Shown piece after piece: positions 20,698 through 30,787 of a stretch of DNA of 64,000 bases. The notes beneath the pieces are model-generated. The model was not told the origin of the DNA. It did not search any database and was given only the letters and a program-made list of their open reading frames with translations. The translations under genes and the position numbers were made by a program. Location: the NCBI GenBank assembly GCA_947627675.1, contig CANQWY010000002.1:108-64107 (forward strand). Reading direction: 5' to 3'. Numbering within the stretch: position 1 is the stretch's first letter; each line of letters starts with the position of its first letter. The DNA comes from an uncultured Bacilli bacterium (GTDB lineage: Bacteria; Bacillota_I; Bacilli_A; RF39; UBA660).

Positions 20698-21798
20698 CTA
20701 TACATTAAATCTAAAATGACAAATATCTCCATCTTGCATTAAATAATCTTTACCTTCAAGTCTAGCTTTTCCATTTTCTTTAACCTTTAATTCATTACCA
20801 TATTTTACTAAATCATCATAACTAATAACTTCAGCCTTTATAAAACCTTTTTCGAAATCGGTATGAATAATTCCAGCGCACTTTTTGGCATTCATTCCTT
20901 TTTTAAAAGTCCAAGCTCTAACTTCATCTTTTCCAACTGTAAAATATGTTGCTAAACCTAATAAATCATATGTTGCCTCAATTAATTGGTCTAATCCACT
21001 TGATTCAATATTCAAAGCTTCTAACATTTCTTTTTTCTCTGATTCGTCTAATTCACTAAGTTCTTCTTCTAATTTTGCGCAAAGTTTTACAACAGGAGCT
21101 TTTTCTTTTCTAGCATATTCTCTTACCAATTGAACATAGTTATTATCATCTTTAGATATTTCTTCTTCACTAATATTAGCTAAATATATGATTGGTTTAA
21201 TTGTAAGAAAACTATATGATTTTAATATTTGCTTTTCTTCTTCTGTATAATCAACTAATCTTAGTGGAATATTATTTTCTAAGGCTGTTTTTGCTTTTTC
21301 TAATGCTTCAGTTTCCAATAAATCTTTTTTATCTTTACTAGTTCTAGCTTTCTTTGAAACTTTTTCTAATCTATTATTTACAATATCTAAGTCTGCTATT
21401 GTAAGTTCTAAATTTATTGTTTCTATATCTCTTATTGGATCTACATTTCCATCTACATGAATAATTTTGCCATTTTCAAAACATCTAATAACTTCACATA
21501 TTGCATCAGTCTCTCTTATATGAGATAAAAATTTATTACCTAAACCCTCACCATTAGATGCTCCTTTAACAAGACCAGCTATATCTGTAAATTCATATGC
21601 TGTAGGTATTGTTCTTTGAGGATTATACATTTCCTTTAAGTTATCTATCCTTTTATCTGGAACTGTTACTACTCCAACATTTGGATCAATCGTTGCAAAA
21701 GGATAATTTTCTGCTAAAATATGCTTCTTTGTTATTGCATTAAATAAAGTAGACTTCCCAACATTTGGCAAACCAACTATTCCGGCTGTTAAACTCAT
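20698..21798 (-). CDS. ychF: Ribosome-binding ATPase YchF
   Basis: GIVGLPNVGKSTLFNA G1 motif. 366 aa with TGS C-domain. Confidence 0.9.
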   Translation of the reverse strand: MSLTAGIVGLPNVGKSTLFNAITKKHILAENYPFATIDPNVGVVTVPDKRIDNLKEMYNPQRTIPTAYEFTDIAGLVKGASNGEGLGNKFLSHIRETDAICEVIRCFENGKIIHVDGNVDPIRDIETINLELTIADLDIVNNRLEKVSKKARTSKDKKDLLETEALEKAKTALENNIPLRLVDYTEEEKQILKSYSFLTIKPIIYLANISEEEISKDDNNYVQLVREYARKEKAPVVKLCAKLEEELSELDESEKKEMLEALNIESSGLDQLIEATYDLLGLATYFTVGKDEVRAWTFKKGMNAKKCAGIIHTDFEKGFIKAEVISYDDLVKYGNELKVKENGKARLEGKDYLMQDGDICHFRFNV

Positions 21799-21894
21799 TT
21801 TATTACCTCTTTTCCGTTTTATTATTATAACATATCATTACATTTTTATATATAGTAGATTTAAAATTTTTTAAATTAAAAAAGGCTTATGCCT

Positions 21895-23502
21895 TTATAT
21901 AGTTGGATATACTCCTGGACCTATTGGAATACCAATAATATACCAGCCAATTATCAATAAAATCCATGTTATACTTATAATTAAAAAATATGGTGTTATA
22001 TTTTTAATAGAATGATGAATTGTTATTGGTTTCTGTTTATTTTGATTATATATATTTAAATAACCTAAATATATTATAAATGATCCTAAAAATGGCGTTA
22101 TTCCTTTAGTCATTGAATCGGCAACACGCATTATTATTTGAGCAAATTGTGGAGAAAGATTAGCCTGCATAAACATTGGAACAACAATAGGAGAAAATAT
22201 CTGCCATTTTGTTGTTGTATTTGTTAAAAATATATTTGAAAAAGCAATTATAATTAAAGTTACTATAATTAATGGAATATCTGTAAATTCTAAGTGAGAT
22301 AGTAGTGTTGATAATAAACATGATATTACCACACCTATATTTGTTTTTTTCCACGCCGTAATAAACACAGAGAAAACAAACATTAAAGTTAATAACATTC
22401 CTGAATTTTTAAAATATTCATTTATTTTTTCTATTAATTCTCTGTCATTTTTGATACTTTTAGCTCCTATTAAGTAACTTATTCCTACTATTACAAAAAA
22501 TAATGTAATTAAAAATATAAATGAATCATGTAAATATGCATTTTCACCAAATAATTGATTCATATATGACTTCTCACTAGTATCTAAAAGTAGTCCTGAT
22601 AATGGTAGATTAGGAATTAGCATATAAACAAATATTAATATTAATACAATACTAGTAACTAAGGCATATAAAAGACCTCTTTTTTCATTTTTTTCCTTTG
22701 CTATTTTATTTTGTTCAGCTTCTTCAATATCTGTAATTACAAGCTCACTTGTTTTTAAAGTTTGTCCTGTTATACTATCATGAAAATGATATTTGCCAAT
22801 GCTTTTACTTATTACTTTTTCTATTATAAGAGTGCCCACCACTGAAATTATAATACTTGATATGCATATAAAAATCAGATTAGAAGTTAAACTTATATGA
22901 AAAGATGTATCTATTAAAGATGCTGCTGTTTGAGTATAAGGTATCAAATTAATGTCGCACCAACCTGTAAATAAACTAACACCACTACCAAAAGCGGTTG
23001 CACAAAATGCTGTTGTAATACCTAATAAGGGATTACGGCCATTAAGTTCATATACTAATGCTGCTAAAGGTATTAATACAGCATATAATGAATCACTAGC
23101 AATAGATGAAATAACTCCTAAAAAAATAAAAATAAAGGTTAATTTATATTTTGCTATTTTTTTTAATTTTCTCCTAGATAATGTTTCTAATAAACCAGTT
23201 GCTGATGCAAATGATATTCCTATTAAAGATACTATTAACATACTAAATGGTGCAAAAGATGCAAAGCTACTTAAAGAATTTTTTATTAACGATTTTATAT
23301 TATTAAATGTTAATAAATTTTCAACAGATACCATCTTTGGTTCTAATTCTTTCGCTTGTTCGTTTACAATATTATAATTGGCTTGAATTTGAAGGTGTGA
23401 TAATACTGAACTTAATAATAATATCAATATAGTAGAGACTACAAAAATAGTTATTGGATGGAAATAGAATTTTTTTAATTTTAATCTTCTTTTTTCTTGC
23501 AT
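21895..23502 (-). CDS. AbgT/YdaH-family transporter
   Basis: 535-aa polytopic membrane protein. The N-terminal region (NLLTFNNIKSLIKNSLSSFASFAPFSMLIVSLIG) resembles the AbgT family signature. Confidence 0.6.
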   Translation of the reverse strand: MQEKRRLKLKKFYFHPITIFVVSTILILLLSSVLSHLQIQANYNIVNEQAKELEPKMVSVENLLTFNNIKSLIKNSLSSFASFAPFSMLIVSLIGISFASATGLLETLSRRKLKKIAKYKLTFIFIFLGVISSIASDSLYAVLIPLAALVYELNGRNPLLGITTAFCATAFGSGVSLFTGWCDINLIPYTQTAASLIDTSFHISLTSNLIFICISSIIISVVGTLIIEKVISKSIGKYHFHDSITGQTLKTSELVITDIEEAEQNKIAKEKNEKRGLLYALVTSIVLILIFVYMLIPNLPLSGLLLDTSEKSYMNQLFGENAYLHDSFIFLITLFFVIVGISYLIGAKSIKNDRELIEKINEYFKNSGMLLTLMFVFSVFITAWKKTNIGVVISCLLSTLLSHLEFTDIPLIIVTLIIIAFSNIFLTNTTTKWQIFSPIVVPMFMQANLSPQFAQIIMRVADSMTKGITPFLGSFIIYLGYLNIYNQNKQKPITIHHSIKNITPYFLIISITWILLIIGWYIIGIPIGPGVYPTI

Positions 23503-23505
23503 ATA

Positions 23506-23718
23506 TTATTTACCTTCTTCTTCAATTATTTTTTTTATTTTCTTATTAAAATCTATGCGTGAAATAAAAAAAGTACGACCACATGTTTGACATTTTATTT
23601 TTATGTCAGCACCTACTCTTAATACTTCCCAAATATCTCCGCCACATGGATGTTTTTTTCTCATTTGACATTTTGTTCCTATTGTATATTCTTTTTTATT
23701 TTCCATTATGCACCTCAA
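23506..23718 (-). CDS. DUF951-like small zinc-ribbon protein
   Basis: 70 aa with two CxxC-like pairs (C..C...CQTCGR). Confidence 0.4.
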   Translation of the reverse strand: MRCIMENKKEYTIGTKCQMRKKHPCGGDIWEVLRVGADIKIKCQTCGRTFFISRIDFNKKIKKIIEEEGK

Positions 23719-24520
23719 CTTGTGGGAATGGTATTTTAATATTAGCTTTATCTAATGCTTCTTTAATTTTTTTACGCATTATTCTTTGAGTATTATATTG
23801 TTCCATCGAACTAACTGTTGCTGTTAATCTATATACTATTGCAGAGTCACCTAAAGAATCTATTCCTAATACTTTAACACTACCCTTAATTTTTGGTAGA
23901 GTTTTAGTTAAATCAGCTGCTACAGAATCTAATATTTTTTCAACTTCATCAAGATCGGCATCATAATCTACTCCAACATCTACAACTGCAACTGAATCTG
24001 CTAAATTATAATTTATTACTTCTGTAATATTATGATTAGCTATAATTTTAGTTCTACCTTTATAATCTTTAATTCTAGTAGTTTTAAGCCCAATAAAAAC
24101 TACCTCTCCCATAAAACCATTTACTTCTATATAATCACCGATCTCGTATTGATCTTCTGCAATTATAAATATTCCCGCTAAAAGGTCTTTGGCAATATCT
24201 TGAAAAGCAAGTCCAATAATTGCTGCAGTTATACCTAAACCAGCTACAATAGATTTTATATTAATACCATATATTGTTAACTCTGCCAAAACTGTAAAAA
24301 TAATTATTACATATTTTAAAATGTTTAAAATCATTATTCTTATTGTATCTGCTCTTTTTTGATGATGTCTTTTTACTAAAATTTTAGCCTGTCTTTTTTG
24401 AAAAATATTATCTATAATTCTTTTTAGAATAGTATAAGAAATAATAGCTATTGCAATATATATTATAGGTAAAGTAAAATATTTTATATCTATTTCGTAA
24501 GTACTAAATAAAGTTATCAT
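23696..24520 (-). CDS. Small-conductance mechanosensitive channel (MscS family)
   Basis: 274 aa. Three N-terminal TM helices followed by the MscS beta-domain pattern. Confidence 0.7.
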   Translation of the reverse strand: MITLFSTYEIDIKYFTLPIIYIAIAIISYTILKRIIDNIFQKRQAKILVKRHHQKRADTIRIMILNILKYVIIIFTVLAELTIYGINIKSIVAGLGITAAIIGLAFQDIAKDLLAGIFIIAEDQYEIGDYIEVNGFMGEVVFIGLKTTRIKDYKGRTKIIANHNITEVINYNLADSVAVVDVGVDYDADLDEVEKILDSVAADLTKTLPKIKGSVKVLGIDSLGDSAIVYRLTATVSSMEQYNTQRIMRKKIKEALDKANIKIPFPQVEVHNGK

Positions 24521-24529
24521 ACCTTCTCC

Positions 24530-25429
24530 TTATTTATCTAAATGCATTATTTCTAATAATCTATTTAAATCATTATTATTAGTAAAACTTATTTCTATTT
24601 TATTTTTCTTTATTTTTACTTTTGTACCAAGTCTTTCATTTAAACTTTCTTCAATATATTTATATGGATTTATTTTTTCTTCTTTTTTAGTAATTTTAAT
24701 CCTTTTTGGATATTCTTCATTATCTGTTGTAATACTTTCAATTTCTCTAACACTTAAGCCATCTGTTATTATTTTATCAGTTAATTCTTTTATTTGATAA
24801 ATATCATCTAATTTACTTAATACTCTTGCATGACTCATTGAAATTTTGTTTTCATTTATTAAATTTTGAGTTTCTTCTGGTAAATTCAAAAGTCCTAAAA
24901 TATTTGTAACATGAGATCTACTTTTTCCTAGTCTTGATGCTAATGTCTCCTGAGTTATATTTAAATTTTTTATTAAATTTTCATATGCTTTTGCTTCTTC
25001 TATTGCAGTTAGGTTTTCTCTTTGTAAATTTTCTAATAAAGCTATCTCCATCATTTCTGAATCTGAAAAATCTTTAACAATAGCTGGAATTTCTTCTAAA
25101 CCAGCTAGTAGGGATGCTTTAACTCTTCTTTCACCTGCAATTATTTCATAACCTTTAATACTTTTTTTGGCAATAATTGGCTGAAATACACCATGTTCTT
25201 TAATAGAAGCTGCTAATTCTTCTAATTTTTCTTCATCAAATACTTTTCGTGGCTGATATGGATTACTTCTTAATTCTTTTAATGGAATTTTTACGATTTC
25301 TTCTTTTGGAGTCTGCTCAATTATTTTTTCTTCAACTCTTGTATAATCGATTGGTTCACTATTAAATAATTCTTCTAGTCCTTTACCTAAGGCTTTTCTT
25401 TTAATATTATTCTGTTCCATTTCTATCAA
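24530..25429 (-). CDS. parB: Chromosome partitioning protein ParB/Spo0J
   Basis: ParB box II GERRVKAS, HTH region and C-terminal dimerisation domain. 299 aa. Immediately downstream of parA/soj. Confidence 0.85.
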   Translation of the reverse strand: MIEMEQNNIKRKALGKGLEELFNSEPIDYTRVEEKIIEQTPKEEIVKIPLKELRSNPYQPRKVFDEEKLEELAASIKEHGVFQPIIAKKSIKGYEIIAGERRVKASLLAGLEEIPAIVKDFSDSEMMEIALLENLQRENLTAIEEAKAYENLIKNLNITQETLASRLGKSRSHVTNILGLLNLPEETQNLINENKISMSHARVLSKLDDIYQIKELTDKIITDGLSVREIESITTDNEEYPKRIKITKKEEKINPYKYIEESLNERLGTKVKIKKNKIEISFTNNNDLNRLLEIMHLDK

Positions 25430-26195
25430 TCACTTCCTTTGCAAGATTTATATATGCTTCTGAACCTCTGCTTTTTGGATCGTAAGCAATAATTGGTTCA
25501 CCATGTGATGGTGCTTCTGTTAATCTTATTAGTCTAGGAATTATTGTATTATAAACTTTTTCTTTAAAAAATTTACGAATATCATCTACTACTTCAAATC
25601 CTAAATTTGTTCGCGAATCTAACATAGTTAATAAAACTCCTTCTATTTGAAGTGTAGGATTTAACGTTTTTTGAGCAAGCATTATAGTATTTAATAATTG
25701 CATTATTCCCTCTAATGCAAAAAATTCACATTGAACTGGTATAATAACAGAATCTGAAGCTGTTAAAGCATTAGTTGTAATTAAACCAAGAGAAGGAGGA
25801 CAATCAATTATAATATAATCAAATTGATTCTTTATTTTATCTAAGTTAATTTTTAATTGATTTCCTTTTTGATATCCAGGTTCTTGTTGACTTTTTTCTA
25901 AAAGTTCTATATCAAGGCCTGCTAAATTTATCGTTGCTGGCATTACTTGTAAATTTTTATATTTTGTTTTAATTATAGCTTTTTCTATACTACATTTTCC
26001 TATTAAAACGTCATATATGCTTTTATCAATATCAGCTTTATTTATTCCTACACCTGTTGTTGTATTACCCTGAGGATCTAAGTCTATTAATAAGACTTTT
26101 TTTCCTAATACTGCAAGAGATGCAGAAAGATTTATACTTGTAGTTGTTTTGCCTACGCCACCTTTTTGATTTACTAGTGCTATTGTCTTTCCCAT
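25407..26195 (-). CDS. parA: Chromosome partitioning ATPase ParA/Soj
   Basis: Deviant Walker A KGGVGKTT. 262 aa. Confidence 0.9.
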   Translation of the reverse strand: MGKTIALVNQKGGVGKTTTSINLSASLAVLGKKVLLIDLDPQGNTTTGVGINKADIDKSIYDVLIGKCSIEKAIIKTKYKNLQVMPATINLAGLDIELLEKSQQEPGYQKGNQLKINLDKIKNQFDYIIIDCPPSLGLITTNALTASDSVIIPVQCEFFALEGIMQLLNTIMLAQKTLNPTLQIEGVLLTMLDSRTNLGFEVVDDIRKFFKEKVYNTIIPRLIRLTEAPSHGEPIIAYDPKSRGSEAYINLAKEVIDRNGTE

Positions 26196-26310
26196 CTAAT
26201 CACCTTTTCTTTTTTATTTCTAACAAATTATATTTTATCAAATATTTATTTATTTGAAAACATTATTATTTTTATTTCTGTGTAATTAAAAAGCATAAAT
26301 TAAATTATGC

Positions 26311-27804
26311 CTAGTAATTACTGTTTTTATCTATTCTTATTAATATTTGATATTGATTTTCAAAATTCATTTCATCAGTATCTATCTTAGCACCATGAAG
26401 TTCTAAGTTTTTTAAGGTTTTTCGTATTTCATCTACTATTTGTCTAATATTATATTCTTCTTCTCCATTCCTTTTATTATTATTTAAATTTTCATCCATT
26501 AGAACATTACCTAAAGATTTATTAGACTTATTTATTTTTTGTTCTTCTTTTATTGGTTTTTGAAATAATGTTTGGTTGATATCCACTAATGACTCTTTAT
26601 GGTCAGTAGTTGGCTTTGATGATTTAGCAAATTCTATTAAACTATTATTAGAAGCTGCTTGATTACTAAACATATCTCCAAGGTCTGATTTAGGTATTTC
26701 GCCTGTATTAGGTAACTCTATTGACATCAAATTAGGAGCTGAAAAATAATCTTCTTTGTTATTATAATTTTTATTTTCGCTTTCTCTCAATGCTTCTTCA
26801 GCTGGAGTAAATTTTTTATTATCTTCATTATTATCATTAACAAAAGTAGGTTTAATATTTAGTAAAGTATCTAAATCTGATTTATTATTAGATTCTGTTT
26901 TTGAATCTATTGAAGAATTTATATCTTCTAAATCTTTAGTATTGTTTCTTAAATCCATTAAATTTATCGGTTTAGATAGAAGTGAAGAATTGTCACCATT
27001 TAAATCAGGATATTTTTCATTTTCTTCTTCTTCATTATCAATTTCACCATAATTTATTATTTCGCTATTTTTAGAATCATTAGGAGGAGTCATTAAAAAA
27101 CTTGGCATCTTATTTAGATTATTACTTTCTATTGAAACTGGTGTTGGGTTTATGAGATTTTTTAAATCTTTTTCATCTTTTATCTTATCATCATTCATAT
27201 TAATTTCCTTTATCTCATTTTCTAATTGTCTTACTGTCATCTTTTGTTTTATCACTTTTTTTAACATTTCTACTTGTTTATCATGATCATTCAAATTTAG
27301 TAAAGTCCTAGCATGTCTCTCTGAAATTTCTTCTTTCAGTAAAGATTTTTGAACCTCTTCTGTCAAAGAAAGTAACCTTAATTTATTTGCAACTGCTGAC
27401 TGGCTTTTACCCATAGTTTTAGCTAAACCCTCTTGTGTCATATCATCAAGTTCTATTATTTTTTGATATGTTCTAGCTTCTTCTATTGGATTTAAATTTC
27501 TTCGTTGTAAATTTTCCAATAATGCTACTTTAGCAGCTTCCTTATCATCTAAATTTCTAATTATCGCAGGTATTGTTGTTAATCCAGCAAGTGCAGATGC
27601 TTTATATCTTCTTTCACCTGCAATTATTTCATATTTACTCTCACTTATTTTCCTTACTATTATAGGTTGTATAACACCATGTTCTTTGATAGATACTGCT
27701 AATTCTTTCAAAGCTTTTTCATCAAAGAGTTCACGAGGTTGAAATCTATTAGGTATTATATCATCCAGATGTATATATATTACTTCCTGATTATCATTCA
27801 TCAA
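26311..27804 (-). CDS. noc: Noc-like ParB paralog with long low-complexity C-terminal extension
   Basis: ParB N-domain with GERRYKAS box II and an HTH. It occupies the noc position (rsmG-noc-soj-spo0J order). 497 aa, with an N/D/E/K/S-rich tail of about 300 aa. It has no N-terminal amphipathic-helix extension. Confidence 0.65.
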   Translation of the reverse strand: MMNDNQEVIYIHLDDIIPNRFQPRELFDEKALKELAVSIKEHGVIQPIIVRKISESKYEIIAGERRYKASALAGLTTIPAIIRNLDDKEAAKVALLENLQRRNLNPIEEARTYQKIIELDDMTQEGLAKTMGKSQSAVANKLRLLSLTEEVQKSLLKEEISERHARTLLNLNDHDKQVEMLKKVIKQKMTVRQLENEIKEINMNDDKIKDEKDLKNLINPTPVSIESNNLNKMPSFLMTPPNDSKNSEIINYGEIDNEEEENEKYPDLNGDNSSLLSKPINLMDLRNNTKDLEDINSSIDSKTESNNKSDLDTLLNIKPTFVNDNNEDNKKFTPAEEALRESENKNYNNKEDYFSAPNLMSIELPNTGEIPKSDLGDMFSNQAASNNSLIEFAKSSKPTTDHKESLVDINQTLFQKPIKEEQKINKSNKSLGNVLMDENLNNNKRNGEEEYNIRQIVDEIRKTLKNLELHGAKIDTDEMNFENQYQILIRIDKNSNY

Positions 27805-27921
27805 TTTTCATCCCGCTTTCTATTCTATTCCATTTTAATTATAGCAAATGAAAAATTTAATTTCAAGAAAAATGTCATTATCTGAAAAGAAAAAATACCA
27901 TTTATAATTAGGTATTTTTTG

Positions 27922-28143
27922 TTATCTTATTCGTACATTACTATTTTCTAATTCATCTATATCAATAGAATCAGATATATTATTTTTATATGTACTATTT
28001 TTTAATTGTTCTTCTTTATACTTTTTATAATATTCCGAAAGCTCATATAATGATAATCCTGTACTTTGGGCTAGTGTTTCCATATCAACATTTCCTGATT
28101 CAAAACAAGTTTTTATATATTGTATTACTGTTTCTTCTTTCAT
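27922..28143 (-). CDS. Small hypothetical protein (HTH-like)
   Basis: 73-aa ORF between noc-like gene and rsmG. No family recognised. Confidence 0.3.
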   Translation of the reverse strand: MKEETVIQYIKTCFESGNVDMETLAQSTGLSLYELSEYYKKYKEEQLKNSTYKNNISDSIDIDELENSNVRIR

Positions 28144-28233
28144 ATTTTTCCTTTCTTTTACTACTTTTACAAATTTATTATAGCATAAAAAAATAGAATT
28201 CTATTAAAATAATAATAAATTTACGTCAAGTAA

Positions 28234-28914
28234 TTAAAATTCAGTATTATTTTTTGAGCAAGTCACTTTTTCTATTACCAGTATGGTTCTTTGGCTATTT
28301 TCTTTAGGTAGAGCAAAACTTTCTTTCCTTGTTATTTTTAATTTATATTGATTTAATTTATTGTTCCTATTAATTTCTTGTAATTCTTCTTCTATATGTG
28401 CTTTTAATGGAATGAATTTAGTGCTTCCATCAATCAAATTGCATGTATAATCCAAAAGTTTTGATAAATTTGCAACTGCTCTTGTCGTTATTACATCAAA
28501 GCTTTTATCACTATATTCTTCAATTCTTTTATGTACAGTATAAATACCTGTTAAATTTAATTGTTTTATTACTTCATTTAGAAAAGTTATTCTTTTATTA
28601 AGAGAATCTAATAATGTTACTTCTAAATTTGGATATACTATTTTTAAAACTAATCCTGGAAAGCCGGCTCCTGTACCAAAATCAAGCAAAGTTTTTACTT
28701 TTTTAAGATTAATTACTTTTACAATCGTAAGACTATCATAAAAATGCTTTAAATATACTTCATCTTTATTAATAATCCTAGTTAAATTCATTTTTTTATT
28801 CCATTCAATTAATAAACAATAATATTTTTCTAAATTATTTAGCTGATCACAAGTTAAATTAATACCTAATTTTTTTAATTCAAATATAAACTCTTCTTTA
28901 GACATGTTCTTCAT
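28234..28914 (-). CDS. rsmG: 16S rRNA (guanine527-N7)-methyltransferase RsmG (GidB)
   Basis: 226 aa. GTGAGFPG SAM motif. Synteny with mnmG. Confidence 0.85.
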   Translation of the reverse strand: MKNMSKEEFIFELKKLGINLTCDQLNNLEKYYCLLIEWNKKMNLTRIINKDEVYLKHFYDSLTIVKVINLKKVKTLLDFGTGAGFPGLVLKIVYPNLEVTLLDSLNKRITFLNEVIKQLNLTGIYTVHKRIEEYSDKSFDVITTRAVANLSKLLDYTCNLIDGSTKFIPLKAHIEEELQEINRNNKLNQYKLKITRKESFALPKENSQRTILVIEKVTCSKNNTEF

Positions 28915-30787
28915 TCCTTTTTAAATAAACCATTAATATTGAAATATCTGCTGGATTAACACCACTTATACGAGAAGCTTGTCCAAGTGAAGTAGGGCGA
29001 ACTAATTCTAATTTTTCACGGGCCTCACTAGCAATATTAGGGATTTTTTGATAATCAATATCAGTAGGTATTAATTTATTTTCTAATTGTAACATTTTTT
29101 CAGCATCACGATTTGCTTTTTTAATATAACCTTCATATCTAACATTTATTTCTACATATTCTTTTATCTCATCATCATATGGAATTTTATAAAAATATTC
29201 TATTTCTTTCATTGTTATTTCCGGTCTTTTTAATAAATCATACAAAGTTATACTGTCTTTTAATAAAGAAGTATTTATTTTTTTTAGGTAAAGATTATTT
29301 TCTTTTGTTGGATTTATTCTATTTTCTTTTAAAAATTTATATAATTTACTAATATTATTTTCTTTTTCTTTAAATATTTGATATTTTTTTTCATCAATTA
29401 AGCCTATATCATAGCCATATTTTCTAAGTCTTATATCAGCATTATCATTTCTTAGTAAAAGTCTATATTCTGCACGAGAAGTTAACATTCTATATGGATC
29501 TTTGACACCTTTTGTTATAAGATCATCAATTAAAACACCAATATATGCTTCATTTCTTTTTAAAATTAAGGGCTTTTTATTTTCTAATTTTAATGCGGCA
29601 TTCACCCCAGCCATTAATCCTTGTGCTGCTGCTTCTTCATAGCCACTGGTTCCATTTATTTGTCCTGCAGTATATAAATTTTCTACTATTTTTGTTTCTA
29701 AAGTTTGTTTTAATTGCTTAGAATCTATTGCATCATATTCTATTGCATAAGCATATTTTAATATTTTAGCTTTTTCTAATCCTTTTAATGAATTGACCAT
29801 CTTTTCTTGGATATCATAAGGCATACTTGTAGAAAAACCTTGTAAATAAACAGTATCACCATAATCATTACTACTTAAATCCATACTTTCTGGCTCTATA
29901 AATAATTGATGTCTTTCCTTATCACTAAATCGTACAACTTTATCTTCTATTGAAGGACAATATCTAGGGCCTATTCCCTCAACATACCCACCGTACATAC
30001 TGGATTTATTCAAATTATCTTTTATTATTTTATGGGTATTAGAATTTGTATATAGAAGATAGCATGGTACTTGTTTATCTATATCATAATAAACATTATT
30101 ATCATGGGAAAAAGTATGAACTTTAGTATCACCATTCTCTACATTTAATTTAGAATAATCAATTGTATTCTTATCAATTCTTGGTGGTGTTCCGGTTTTC
30201 AACCTTAATATATTAAAACCTATTTTTTTTAAATCGTCACTTAAAGATTTACTTGGCTTTTCACCATGAGGGCCACTACTTTTTTTATTACTACCTACTA
30301 AAACTGTTCCCTTCAAATATGTTCCCGTTGTTAAAATTAATGCTTTTGTATAAATTTTTCTACCATCATCTAGAATTACACCTTTTATTTTATTATCTTC
30401 TACTATTAAATGCTCTACCATGGCCTCTGCTACATCTAAATTAGTTGTATTTTTAATAGTTTTTACCATTTCTTTTGGATATATTACTTTATCTATTTGA
30501 GCTCTTAAAGCTTGCACTGCTGGACCTTTTTTAGTATTTAAAAGCTTTATTTGAAGAGTTGATTTATCAGCATTTTTTCCCATTTCTCCACCTAAGGCAT
30601 CTATTTCTCTTACAATTATACCTTTAGCGGGGCCTCCAATTGATGGATTACAAGGCATATCTGCTATATTATTTATATTTCCAGTTATTAAAAGAGTCTT
30701 ATGATTTTTTCTTGCTGATGCTAAACTTGCTTCACATCCTGCGTGTCCTGCTCCTACTACAATTATTTCGTAATCCATTTTAATCAT
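28898..30787 (-). CDS. mnmG: tRNA uridine 5-carboxymethylaminomethyl modification enzyme MnmG (GidA)
   Basis: 629 aa. FAD-binding VVGAGHAGCEA. Confidence 0.9.
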   Translation of the reverse strand: MIKMDYEIIVVGAGHAGCEASLASARKNHKTLLITGNINNIADMPCNPSIGGPAKGIIVREIDALGGEMGKNADKSTLQIKLLNTKKGPAVQALRAQIDKVIYPKEMVKTIKNTTNLDVAEAMVEHLIVEDNKIKGVILDDGRKIYTKALILTTGTYLKGTVLVGSNKKSSGPHGEKPSKSLSDDLKKIGFNILRLKTGTPPRIDKNTIDYSKLNVENGDTKVHTFSHDNNVYYDIDKQVPCYLLYTNSNTHKIIKDNLNKSSMYGGYVEGIGPRYCPSIEDKVVRFSDKERHQLFIEPESMDLSSNDYGDTVYLQGFSTSMPYDIQEKMVNSLKGLEKAKILKYAYAIEYDAIDSKQLKQTLETKIVENLYTAGQINGTSGYEEAAAQGLMAGVNAALKLENKKPLILKRNEAYIGVLIDDLITKGVKDPYRMLTSRAEYRLLLRNDNADIRLRKYGYDIGLIDEKKYQIFKEKENNISKLYKFLKENRINPTKENNLYLKKINTSLLKDSITLYDLLKRPEITMKEIEYFYKIPYDDEIKEYVEINVRYEGYIKKANRDAEKMLQLENKLIPTDIDYQKIPNIASEAREKLELVRPTSLGQASRISGVNPADISILMVYLKRNEEHV

